Shown here in pieces: positions 50,692 through 58,875 of a DNA stretch of 64,000 nucleotides; positions within the stretch are counted from its first letter, which is position 1; every line of letters starts with the position of its first letter. The DNA is taken from IMG/VR virus record IMGVR_UViG_3300012931_000759, positions 1-64,000 of that record, one strand, 5' to 3'. A program made the translations under genes and the position numbers. The notes beneath the pieces are model-generated. The model was given only the letters and a program-made list of their open reading frames with translations, had not been told where the DNA came from and did no database searches.

Positions 50692-51407
50692 AGCCGTTCG
50701 GCGTTCCCTTGAGAGTCAACTGGACGTTCCTTCTGTGGCCGCTCATGGTGTGGTCCCTTGGATGGCTGATGGGCTACAGGTCCTGGTGATACTGACGCTC
50801 TCCCTTCTGATACACGAGTATTCGCACGTCATGGCAGCAAGGAGCGTGGGCTCTGAGGCAACCGACGTGACCGTGTTCATCTTTGGAGGGCGGCTAGGAT
50901 ACCGGACCTGATTCTCATGAGTCCCGGCAAGGAAGCCTTTGTGGCCGCCGCTGGCCCAATCTCCTCCTTCATTCTGGCAGCAATCGCCTTCATGGTCAGC
51001 GCCGCACTTACTGTGCTGGGCGTGTCGACGCCATGGATGCTATCGTACTCGGTGTTGATCAACATCGTGCTCGGCGTGTTCAACACGCTTCCGCTGTACC
51101 CCATGGATGGCGGCAGGATCTTGAGAGCCTTCTGCTCCAATAGGATGGGTCACGAACGCGGGACAAAGGTTGCCGTCTGGACGACGGCCATACTAGGAGG
51201 CATCCTGTGCGTTGCCTCCATCACATTCAAACTGTGGAGCGTCGCAGTCATCATGCCGCTCATCATCCTCGAGGCCTTGCTGAACTCAAGATGCTCAAGC
51301 ACAAGGCGTTCCTAGAGGAGATGTGCGTCCGACTGAGGAAAGCTGGCTACGAGGATGCCTGTGTTGAGATGGTAGACGGGCAATGGCAGATCAACTATCG
51401 AGAGTAG
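50664..51407 (+). CDS. M50 site-2 protease (three apparent frameshifts)
   Basis: GVPLRVNWTF / IHEYSH / AAAGP...NTLPLYPMDGGRI split across frames. Confidence 0.8.
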
Positions 51408-51562
51408 AATACCTGAGGCGGGTTGTATAAGTATTAGACAAGGAGAGTCTCTCATCAGTAGTGGTTGGTATACTCTCCTTCTTTTTTCCAACAGCCCCCT
51501 TTTCCGGACGCGCCCTGAAAAGTATCGATGCGCCCCCGGATTGTCAAGTGGAAAATTCGAAC

Positions 51563-51916
51563 ATGCCGGATGAAAAGGAAGATTTCGACGGCGAAGCGAA
51601 GGATGGCGAGGAGGGTATTTCCTGCCCGCTGTGCCGGAGGTTGATCGAGGATACAAACCTGCTCTCCGACCATCACCTTGTGCCGAGAAGCAGGGGTGGC
51701 AGAGCTACTCAGATCCCGATCTGCCTGGATTGCCATAAGCAGATACATGCAATGTACAGCAATAAGCGGCTAGAGGAGGAGTTAAATTCTGTGGAGGCAC
51801 TTTTTGCCGATCCGAAATTTGCCAGGTTTGCGGCCTGGGTGGCTAAAAGGCCACTTGGGGCATTGGTCAGAGCAAGACGTTCAAAGGACAGTCGCAGACG
51901 TGGAAGGAGTGGATGA
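51563..51916 (+). CDS. Small HNH endonuclease
   Basis: CPLC...HHLVPRSRGG...CLDCHKQIH. Confidence 0.85.
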   Translation: MPDEKEDFDGEAKDGEEGISCPLCRRLIEDTNLLSDHHLVPRSRGGRATQIPICLDCHKQIHAMYSNKRLEEELNSVEALFADPKFARFAAWVAKRPLGALVRARRSKDSRRRGRSG

Positions 51917-52149
51917 ATGAAGACGTTGAACATCAAGTCGTGCGAGGATTGCCCGTTCGCAAAATGGCAAGGGTATTACTATCCTGTGGAAATGGCTTGT
52001 GAGTGTCCCGGAGCTCCAAAGGAAGACACCAGTGCGTTTGTATTTTCGCGCGCCAGCGGATGGTGGTACAAGACGCCTCCGGCCTTCTGTCCGCTGAGGA
52101 CCGATGGAGGGGTGCGATTCAAAGTGGAGGAATCAGTGGAGATAGGTAA

Positions 52150-53049
52150 ATGATCAAGGATGGTCTCAAACTTATTGATATGCTGGTCGGTGCCATGCGT
52201 CAGCAGGCTTCTGAGGCAAGGACATCGAAGGCCGAGGTTGATATATCCGGAGGTGTGGATAGCGCAGTTGTCGCGGCCTTGGCATGTCGTGCATTCGGTA
52301 AAGACAATGTCATCGGTGTGTACAGTTCGATTAATTCTTCAGCAGAGTCTTGTCAATTGGCTGGGCTGGTGGCCGATAAGTTCGGTTTCAAACTCCTGAA
52401 ACTCGACCTGTCTGACGCGTATCGCCAAATAGTCATGGCCATTGCCACCGAGTTTGGACGTCTTGGTATCCCGTTTCCGGACCAGAATGACCCTCGACAA
52501 CGCACGGCGTTCGGGGGGTTGAGAAGCTGTCTGCGCGCCCCAGTGGGGCGCTTTGTGAACAGGGCGTTTGGTGGTATCCGCGAGGGTACTGGCAATAGGG
52601 ACGAGGATGAGTTGATCAGATTTTTCCAGAAGGGCGGCGATGGCGAGGTGGACAGTAACTGGATCGAGGGTCTGTTCAAGGGCGAGGTGTGGGAGTTGGC
52701 CGCATATCTTGGAGTTCCGCAGGAGATTATCGACGTAGCCCCGACGCCCGACCTGTGGGGAGGAACTGTACATACTGATGAGGGCGAATTGAAGGAGCTT
52801 ACTGGTGTGTCCCTGACCTACACCCGTCCAGGCGGACCAATGGGTACAATAGAGTGGGCCAGTAGAGAGAACGCGAGGAACGGCTGTGTCACGCGGAGCG
52901 GCTCGAATCCTGGCTGTATGGGATACAACGAGGCCCAGTCGACCATTATCCTGGCGATGCGAAAGTTGGAGCGATCCAGTAGGCACAAGACTTGTATGCC
53001 ACCATGTCTTCCGCGCGAGCGACTTCTCAAGGCGGGCGTGGTCGAATAG
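52150..53049 (+). CDS. nadE: NH3-dependent NAD+ synthetase
   Basis: ISGGVDSAV, GTGNRDE, GDG, KGEVWELA, PTPDLW, TDE. Confidence 0.88.
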   Translation: MIKDGLKLIDMLVGAMRQQASEARTSKAEVDISGGVDSAVVAALACRAFGKDNVIGVYSSINSSAESCQLAGLVADKFGFKLLKLDLSDAYRQIVMAIATEFGRLGIPFPDQNDPRQRTAFGGLRSCLRAPVGRFVNRAFGGIREGTGNRDEDELIRFFQKGGDGEVDSNWIEGLFKGEVWELAAYLGVPQEIIDVAPTPDLWGGTVHTDEGELKELTGVSLTYTRPGGPMGTIEWASRENARNGCVTRSGSNPGCMGYNEAQSTIILAMRKLERSSRHKTCMPPCLPRERLLKAGVVE

Positions 53050-53051
53050 GC

Positions 53052-53080
53052 TTGACAGAAGCGGCTGAAGTCGCTATATT
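53052..53080 (+). promoter_or_regulatory. Sigma70-like promoter
   Basis: TTGACA-17 nt-TATATT. Confidence 0.6.
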
Positions 53081-53582
53081 ACAATCAGGAGGACATGAAC
53101 ATGACGAGTTTTCTCATTGGTCTGGGGATCGGCCTCACCGGGGGACCGGTGCTGGTGTATTTTGTGAAATTGGGCTATAAGAAGCTCAAGGAGAAGTTTG
53201 GTTCGGTCGAGTAGGCCGATAATGGCGGGCGACGGTTTTGCGACCCCCACCCACCACTGCGGTGGTGATCATGCCGTGCTATTAGATCAAATGGTGCGAA
53301 GCGTATGAGATGAAAACTAGGGTCGTAATGCCTTCGCTTGATCTTTTTGAGGAATGGAAAGGCGACGAGGCAGTCATATATACGGAGATCGGTTTTACCA
53401 AGGTGAAAACGGAGCTGGTGGACAAATAGGGTTTCTGTTGCTTGCCCACCGATCTTGAGCGCCTCGAGGACAAAAGCGACAAAAAAGACACAAACGATTC
53501 CGATAAGTTGTGAAATAGTTGGCTTTGGGAAGTCGACATCCGGAGAAAAAGCGTATATAGTAAGACACGACGAAAGAAATGT

Positions 53583-53699
53583 GGGGATGTTGCCAAACAG
53601 GAAAAGGCACCTGCTTCAGCATTCGGTTCTCGGGACCAAAACATCCGAAGCACACGCTGGGGCGCAAGCCCATTGTTGGTTCGATTCCAACCATCTCCA
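53583..53699 (+). ncRNA. tRNA-like RNA with the conserved module replacing the anticodon arm (family copy B1)
   Basis: GGGGATG/CATCTCC acceptor, D arm, TTCGATT T loop; module tgcttc..TCG-gttc/ggac-CAAA..gaagCACACGC. Confidence 0.75.
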
Positions 53700-53701
53700 C
53701 T

Positions 53702-53824
53702 GAAGACGCGCAAAGGAACGGAACTCACACGCGAAGATCAAATGGTTGATCATCTGTATTTGGAACAGAATGTTGCGGGTTCGAATCCCGTCGCACAAAT
53801 TAGTTCCCTCGCTCGCGCGTTTTC
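53702..53824 (+). ncRNA. Y-RNA-like RNA: terminal stem enclosing a tRNA-like body (family copy A1)
   Basis: GAAGACGCG/CGCGTTTTC ends, CAAA, GGAACT/AGTTCC, CACACGC; internal D, anticodon-like and T arms. Confidence 0.75.
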
Positions 53825-53831
53825 ATTTTTT

Positions 53832-53961
53832 GGGGAGTAGAGGCACCTGGGGTGCCAACTAGCCGTAAACTAGTACAACCTGTTACGTTACTCGGACGAC
53901 GAGAGTCGACCCAATCTACGGAAACGCACAAGCATTTGCCGTTCGAATCGGTAACTCCCCA
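53832..53961 (+). ncRNA. tRNA-Tyr(GTA)-like RNA with the module in the variable region (family copy B2)
   Basis: GGGGAGT/ACTCCCC; ACTAG ccGTAaa CTAGT; TCG..CAAT..CACAAGC; TTCGAAT. Confidence 0.75.
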
Positions 53962-54173
53962 CTGAAGACGCGCAAAGGATCAGCTGTCGATAATTGCTGT
54001 GAATTCTAATAGGAAACTGGAGCCGCATCTTGTCGGCTCCAATGACGTGCCAGGCAGAACGGGCTATTGTGGGGATAACGTGTCGTGTTAACCTGAAATT
54101 GTCCTTATGCCCCCCACCGGACGAGGCGGGGTCAATTATGCTAATACATCGCGATGGAAGGAAGGGTTGCTTA

Positions 54174-54470
54174 ATGAGTTTTTCGAGCTACCTAAACGAC
54201 TCATACATGGAATGGGCCAAAGCCCTGGCGTCGTCACCGTCGCCCGACACGGAGGAGGTGCAGACTGACGATGTTTGCGGCCAGCTGAGGGGCCTGCTCG
54301 TGAATGGCGAGCTGACAGACAAGGGGAGTTCCGAGGCAGAGGACGTCATCTGGAAGTTTGTTCTGAAGCAGAAGCCACGGCTAAGCATGCGAGCGTTCGG
54401 GCAACTTCGCAAGTCTTTGCCACCGGTTTTTCATCCTGCTATCGAGCGGGTGTTCCTGCGCTGTCTCTAG
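54174..54470 (+). CDS. Hypothetical protein
   Basis: ORF following a 35-bp repeat. Confidence 0.45.
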   Translation: MSFSSYLNDSYMEWAKALASSPSPDTEEVQTDDVCGQLRGLLVNGELTDKGSSEAEDVIWKFVLKQKPRLSMRAFGQLRKSLPPVFHPAIERVFLRCL

Positions 54471-54485
54471 GAATTTCTCTGCATC

Positions 54486-54758
54486 ATGCTAACTACATCG
54501 CGCTGGAAGGAAGGGTTGCTTGCGGCATCTGGCCGACACGCAGGGGAGAGCGAAACTGAAGCGGAGCGCTTCCAGTACCTGGCAATGCGAGTGGAACAGA
54601 GCGCTGGTTACCCAAATCGAATGCGGGACCTGGTCTTGAATTACTTGTGCCACATCAGTGCAACCGATCGGCCAGCGGTCCTCGATCGGCTCGCGAAGGA
54701 GGTCCCCCAGCCGTCGGTACTAGCCGTCGTGGAAGAAATTCGTCAACGCATTGCCTGA
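54486..54758 (+). CDS. Hypothetical protein
   Basis: 90-aa ORF. Confidence 0.45.
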   Translation: MLTTSRWKEGLLAASGRHAGESETEAERFQYLAMRVEQSAGYPNRMRDLVLNYLCHISATDRPAVLDRLAKEVPQPSVLAVVEEIRQRIA

Positions 54759-54784
54759 TTCTTTAGCATCTGGAATATTTCGAT

Positions 54785-54981
54785 GTCGGCGATGATACAC
54801 TTAACACGCAAACCAGGATCCCAAACGGCGCGCGAAAGCGGGCATTGGGACACCTGCGTGTTGAAGTCGGCCTTCGCCGTCGTCCTGCCCGAGCGCCCGT
54901 ATACCTTCGCGGGCAATAGCACCCTCGGTCAGGACTCCATCGGAGGCACAGGCGCATAGGATCGAGGGACTGTATACCGAC
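54785..54981. ncRNA. Candidate multi-helix structured RNA
   Basis: GTCGG/CCGAC closing stem; TTAACACGCA/TGCGTGTTGA; CGC-GAAA-GCG; TGCCCG/CGGGCA; CCCTCGGTC/GATCGAGGG. Confidence 0.5.
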
Positions 54982-55037
54982 CTTCCAACGCGCCTGGGCC
55001 CACAAGCCCGGGCGTTTTGGGTTTATGGGGAGAAAGA

Positions 55038-55625
55038 GTGCTAGATAAGACGCAAAGACCTGATAAACCAGAGAAACTCCATTGTAGGGAATGTAAACAG
55101 GAATTCCCATTTACTCCGGAGTTTTTCTATCGGGATCGAAAGCGCAAATATGGTCTCGATACCGTATGTAAGTTCTGTAGCAGACTTGGCACCAGGCGAC
55201 GCTATGCTGAAAACCCAGAATTGTGGCATCAAAGCAATCGTAAATATCGCCAAACCCATCTAGAAGAGACGAACAATAAAAAGAGAAAATGGGCAAAGAG
55301 GAATCCTGATAAGGAGCGGAACGCAAGGCTGAAATACACATACGGAATTACGCTGGACGAATTCAATCACATTTTGATGCTCCAAGAAAACTGTTGTGCT
55401 ATCTGCGGTTATTCTTTTGGGGGCAAGAAACCTAGCGTAGACCACGACCACACGACAGGTGTGGTTAGAGGGCTGTTGTGCGACAGGTGTAATTTCGGTA
55501 TAGGATGTTTCGAGGATGACGCCGCGCGACTTGAGAAAGCAGCCATTTACCTCAATAAGTGGAAGGAAAGCATCAAGAAGGTCGTAGGCGTCGAATCTCC
55601 CAACGAGATTGGTCTGGACATTTGA
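55038..55625 (+). CDS. Endonuclease VII-domain homing endonuclease
   Basis: YGITLDEF...CAICG...VDHDHTTGVVRGLLCDRCNFGIG. Confidence 0.9.
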   Translation: MLDKTQRPDKPEKLHCRECKQEFPFTPEFFYRDRKRKYGLDTVCKFCSRLGTRRRYAENPELWHQSNRKYRQTHLEETNNKKRKWAKRNPDKERNARLKYTYGITLDEFNHILMLQENCCAICGYSFGGKKPSVDHDHTTGVVRGLLCDRCNFGIGCFEDDAARLEKAAIYLNKWKESIKKVVGVESPNEIGLDI

Positions 55626-55849
55626 AAGGAAAAGATGATGAAATCCAAGAGAGAGAACACTGTCCCGAGTTGTGTGAGTTTGTGGAGAATGTCAAAGATA
55701 TGGTGAATGCTGACAAGCAGCAGGATGAGGAGATTCCAAAGTTTAAGGTGCCTCTTTCTAGTTGGCTGGGACTCGGCGCTGTGATTTTAGGAATCGTGGG
55801 TTTCGTCGTTGTAATGTTCCGCATCTGGATATAGGTTTCGTGAATAGTT

Positions 55850-55936
55850 GGGGTCGTTGACGATAAGGTCATCGAGCTGGGCCGTAACCCCAGCGCTGTA
55901 ATAGCCAATCCGATTCGAGTTCGGACGACCCCACCA
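55850..55936 (+). tRNA. tRNA-Tyr(GTA)
   Basis: GGGGTCG/CGACCCC, ccGTAac loop, long variable arm, encoded CCA. Confidence 0.8.
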
Positions 55937-56023
55937 AGGAGTAGCAGATGGATATACAATACTTTGTATTTCTTGACAGGTTGAAACGGATGCGCCGCGA
56001 CGGCGATTCCAATTGTGACGCGC

Positions 56024-56139
56024 GCATCCTTAGTGAAATGGAATCACAGCAGGCTTTTGTTGATGAAAGGAAATTAGTTGGTTCGATTCCAACCATCAGC
56101 GCAACCTGCACATTGGGGGTTCGAGTCCCTCAGGATGCA
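56024..56139 (+). tRNA. tRNA with an acceptor/T-arm minihelix nested in its anticodon loop
   Basis: Outer GCATCCT/AGGATGC and GCAGG/CCTGC; inner GTTGATG/CATCAGC plus GTTGG-TTCGATT-CCAAC. Confidence 0.7.
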
Positions 56140-56142
56140 AAT

Positions 56143-56214
56143 GAGGCTGAAGCTTTGACGGCGAAGCCGTAGGCTCTTAACCTATAGAACCGAGTTCGAC
56201 TCTCGGCAGCCTCA
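56143..56214 (+). tRNA. tRNA-Lys(CTT)
   Basis: GAGGCTG/CAGCCTC; GTAGG ctCTTaa CCTAT; TTCGACT. Confidence 0.85.
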
Positions 56215-56215
56215 C

Positions 56216-56286
56216 TTCGGAGTCGTCCAATAGGAAGGACGGCGGTCTTTGACACCGCATATCCCAGTCCGAGTCTGGCTCTGGAT
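56216..56286 (+). tRNA. tRNA-Gln(TTG)
   Basis: GCGGT ctTTGac ACCGC; atypical T loop TCCGAGT and short T stem. Confidence 0.7.
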
Positions 56287-56294
56287 TTAATATT

Positions 56295-56367
56295 GATCTC
56301 GTCGTCTAGGGGCAGTGGATAGGACACTCTCACTGTCCAGACGCCAGTTCAATTCTGGTCGAGGTCA
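56295..56367 (+). tRNA. tRNA-Glu(CTC)
   Basis: GATCTCG/CGAGGTC; GGACA ctCTCac TGTCC; TTCAATT. Confidence 0.75.
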
Positions 56368-56377
56368 CGAAAACTCC

Positions 56378-56531
56378 GATGCCCTTGGTATCGGCACCGT
56401 CGAATGCGCATTCCACGGTGGAGATGAGGCGATCGCCATCTTTTGGGATGGCGTGAGGTTTCAACATTGACAACTGAATAGTGGTAATTGACTGCGGTGA
56501 GCTGAGAATGTAGGCTCTCCGCCGGGGCATC
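56378..56531. ncRNA. Candidate structured RNA inside the tRNA cluster
   Basis: GATGCCC/GGGCATC closing stem; CGCCATC/GATGGCG; GCGGtGAGC/GCTCtCCGC. Confidence 0.45.
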
Positions 56532-56565
56532 GACGGCGCGAGCGTGCTGGGCGGTGTCCCATCGA

Positions 56566-56637
56566 GGGATCATAGCTCAATGGGCAGAGCGCGAGACCGA
56601 AAATTTCGTTACCCCCGTCCGAATCGGGGTGATCCCA
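56566..56637 (+). tRNA. tRNA-Phe(GAA)
   Basis: GGGATCA/TGATCCC; CGAGA ccGAAaa TTTCG; T loop TCCGAAT. Confidence 0.75.
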
Positions 56638-56643
56638 CAATAG

Positions 56644-56685
56644 ATCGCGCGCGTTGATGTAGCGGAAAAGTTTCGCGTCGCTTTT
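56644..56685 (+). promoter_or_regulatory. Conserved intergenic motif copy 4
   Basis: ATCGCGCGCGTTGATGTAGCGG...TTTCGCGTCGCTTTT. Confidence 0.65.
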
Positions 56686-56703
56686 GAATGAAAGGACGGC
56701 AGC

Positions 56704-57000
56704 ATGGGCAAGAGCATCGACCTGCGCGCCCAGTTCGGGCGCAAGTTCACCGAGGATGAGGAGGCTTTCGAGATGGCCCAGTGCGAGGAATGGATGGCCG
56801 ACGAGATGCGCTCCTACTGGAGAAGGATACAGCGCTCCTCGTGGCCGACTGAGGATCCAGGCGGGCGTTGCGCGAATTGCGGGCTTGAGGCGCGTTTTGC
56901 CAAAGCCTGTGTTGTTGGGGCCGCCTGCTACGATGGCGAGTGGTGTTGCTCTACCGAATGCGACGCGCAACTGACACGGGAAGGATGCCCGCTGGAATAA
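56704..57000 (+). CDS. Hypothetical Cys-rich protein
   Basis: AAGGA RBS; CANC...CCSTEC. Confidence 0.55.
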   Translation: MGKSIDLRAQFGRKFTEDEEAFEMAQCEEWMADEMRSYWRRIQRSSWPTEDPGGRCANCGLEARFAKACVVGAACYDGEWCCSTECDAQLTREGCPLE

Positions 57001-57206
57001 TAGACTAGGAAAGGGAAAGCGATGAAGCTGAGGAAGCTACGCAGGATACTGAGGCAGGCGGCGTTTAACGCCGATGGTCTCAACCCTCAGGTTGAGGTCT
57101 GTCTGGGCGACAAAATATTGCGCATCAAGCACATTGGGCAGTTTGGGGTTGTACCGGATGTCGTTATCGAACTTGAGGATCCCGAGAAAGAAACGGGTTG
57201 TTAATC

Positions 57207-57527
57207 ATGCCGCGCAAGAAGAAAGAGGCTCCTTCGGAGCCGAAGCCGACCAGGGTCGAAATCGAGACTTTTAGGGAACCTGATTCCTACTGGCTGGGCC
57301 AGCTCAGGAAAGACAATCCGTCCTGTTTCAACGGTGACATCCAGGTACACAGATATCGCGTGACGGTTGAACTGATCGAGGAGTCGCCAGAAGTGATCGG
57401 TGCGAGAATCCAGGAACTCTGGAACAATTGTGACAACTGGCATCATCACGATCCACTTAGATTCGCAGCCAAGAAAATTGGATGGGAGTTGAAAGGCGAC
57501 TTTGGGAACAAGAAGAAGGAGGCTTGA
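57207..57527 (+). CDS. Hypothetical phage protein
   Basis: PSCFNG...YRVTVELIEE. Confidence 0.6.
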   Translation: MPRKKKEAPSEPKPTRVEIETFREPDSYWLGQLRKDNPSCFNGDIQVHRYRVTVELIEESPEVIGARIQELWNNCDNWHHHDPLRFAAKKIGWELKGDFGNKKKEA

Positions 57528-57599
57528 CAATTGCTTTCGACATTATATAAATCGTCGGAAGCTGGAATTCAACTTTTGGGACACATTAAAGGAACAAAT

Positions 57600-57818
57600 A
57601 TGGCTGCCACAATCACGGTTCTCAAAAATAAGTTGAGTAAAGTGCGCAAACAGATAGAACTATTGAATTCACAAGAATCAGAATTATACAAACAGTTGGC
57701 CCTATTATGTGGGCGCACAGGTCACCAGTGGGAAGAGGAGTGGGCTGCGGTGGGTATTCATAAATACTCTCGAAAAATAGGATGTTTCCGTTGCGCGATT
57801 TGCGGTACACTGTCCTAG
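57600..57818 (+). CDS. Small coiled-coil/zinc-ribbon protein
   Basis: AAGGA RBS; C...GH.W...CAICG. Confidence 0.5.
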   Translation: MAATITVLKNKLSKVRKQIELLNSQESELYKQLALLCGRTGHQWEEEWAAVGIHKYSRKIGCFRCAICGTLS

Positions 57819-57830
57819 TGGAAAGGAGGC

Positions 57831-57858
57831 TTGACAATCGCCTCTAGGATGATAAATT
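57831..57858 (+). promoter_or_regulatory. Sigma70-like promoter upstream of the second ncRNA cluster
   Basis: TTGACA...TAAATT; AAGGAGGCTTGACAAT is also present at about 57516. Confidence 0.5.
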
Positions 57859-57871
57859 GATTGTTGTAAAT

Positions 57872-57978
57872 GGGGAGGTCGCCCAATTGGTAGGGCAACA
57901 GACCTGCTTCGCCTCTCGGTTTTTTGGAACCATTTGATGAAGCCTACAAGCATGCTCGTTCGAATCGAGCCCTCCCCA
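57872..57978 (+). ncRNA. tRNA-like RNA with the module replacing the anticodon arm (family copy B3)
   Basis: GGGGAGG/CCTCCCC; gcttc..TCG-gttt/gaac-CATT..gaagc-cTACAAGC; TTCGAAT. Confidence 0.75.
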
Positions 57979-57982
57979 CAAT

Positions 57983-58115
57983 GGGTCAGTAGCCGAATGG
58001 TATAGGCAAAAGCATTTTGGAGCTTTCAAACAGCAACAAGCTTTACCGCTCGGCTCCTCACGGAGCCATAAGGTAAAGCTCACAAGCATTGGAGGTTCGA
58101 TTCCTCCCTGGCCCA
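57983..58115 (+). ncRNA. tRNA-like RNA with the module in the variable region (family copy B4)
   Basis: GGGTCAG/CTGGCCC; GCTTTACC-gcTCG-GCTCC/GGAGC-CATAa-GGTAAAGC-tCACAAGC; TTCGATT. Confidence 0.75.
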
Positions 58116-58117
58116 AC

Positions 58118-58248
58118 AGGACGCGCAAAGGGGAAAAGTCTACAAGCGAATTAGCTCAGTCGGTTTGAGCGTCTGACTATGGATCAGAAGGTCAAGGGTT
58201 CAAATCCCTTATCCGCGACAAAATCCGACTTGCTCACTCGCGCGTCCT
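58118..58248 (+). ncRNA. Y-RNA-like RNA: terminal stem enclosing an Arg-like tRNA body with ATG anticodon (family copy A3)
   Basis: AGGACGCG/CGCGTCCT, CAAA, AAGTC/GACTT, TACAAGC, cacTCG; TCTGA ctATGga TCAGA. Confidence 0.75.
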
Positions 58249-58875
58249 AATTTTCTGTTCTACGATGCCGACAATGATATCTAGAAACCGTTGCCCTTTG
58301 GTTGGTTTGAAGTTTTTCATTGTCGACACGTCGATGATACAGAGAGCAATGCCCCTCTCGGCGCAGGCAGCGAATTTCCGATGGTCATTGGTTTGGATGG
58401 AGGCAAGTTTCTCCGTCCCGTGGATCGGCTCGTAATGGTAGATCCCGTTGAGTTCGAACGCTAAATTGAGGCTTGGAAAATGGATGTCGAGTTCGGAGTT
58501 GATCGCCTCTTTGGCGTTGAACATAATCTCCAGGTCGGGATAGAGTTTCCGCAGTTGCTCCTCCAGCCAGACCTCAAGTTTAGAGCGGCGGGTGCCATGG
58601 GTTTTGTGGAGATTGTTGTAGGTGGCGGCACATGATTTGGAACAGAAAAGATTGTTGCTTTTGCTGTGTTTCCTATTTTGAAGCAGGGTGCTTTTTCTGC
58701 GACCGAAAAGTGTACCGCATTGTTGGCAAGGGATCAATTTGGGAAGTCGTTTTCCACTCTGGTTGAATGCTTGGGCACACTTGTTGGAACAGAATTTGTA
58801 CTTGCGCGAGTCACGAATGAACCACGACCTGCGTCGTTTGAAGGTGGTACCACAGTTATCGCATTGAAGTTCCAT
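58234..58875 (-). CDS. PD-(D/E)xK endonuclease with N-terminal zinc fingers, inserted in the RNA array
   Basis: CxxC...FCSxxC repeats; SKLE...ELDI...LAFELNGIYHY. Confidence 0.75.
   Translation of the reverse strand: MELQCDNCGTTFKRRRSWFIRDSRKYKFCSNKCAQAFNQSGKRLPKLIPCQQCGTLFGRRKSTLLQNRKHSKSNNLFCSKSCAATYNNLHKTHGTRRSKLEVWLEEQLRKLYPDLEIMFNAKEAINSELDIHFPSLNLAFELNGIYHYEPIHGTEKLASIQTNDHRKFAACAERGIALCIIDVSTMKNFKPTKGQRFLDIIVGIVEQKIRTRE

Noticed and set aside
53215-53285. Small structured RNA or permuted tmRNA (CACCAC/GTGGTG hairpin)
   Set aside because: No T arm or tag reading frame; the region reads better as a small interrupted ORF.
53282-53798. ORF-track ORFs overlapping tRNA-like loci (also 55948-56172, 57844-58128 and the 5' part of 58963)
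   Set aside because: They overlap clear cloverleaf elements and have no protein features.
56295-56367. Rearranged or suppressor tRNA
   Set aside because: It folds as a normal cloverleaf with a CTC (Glu) anticodon.
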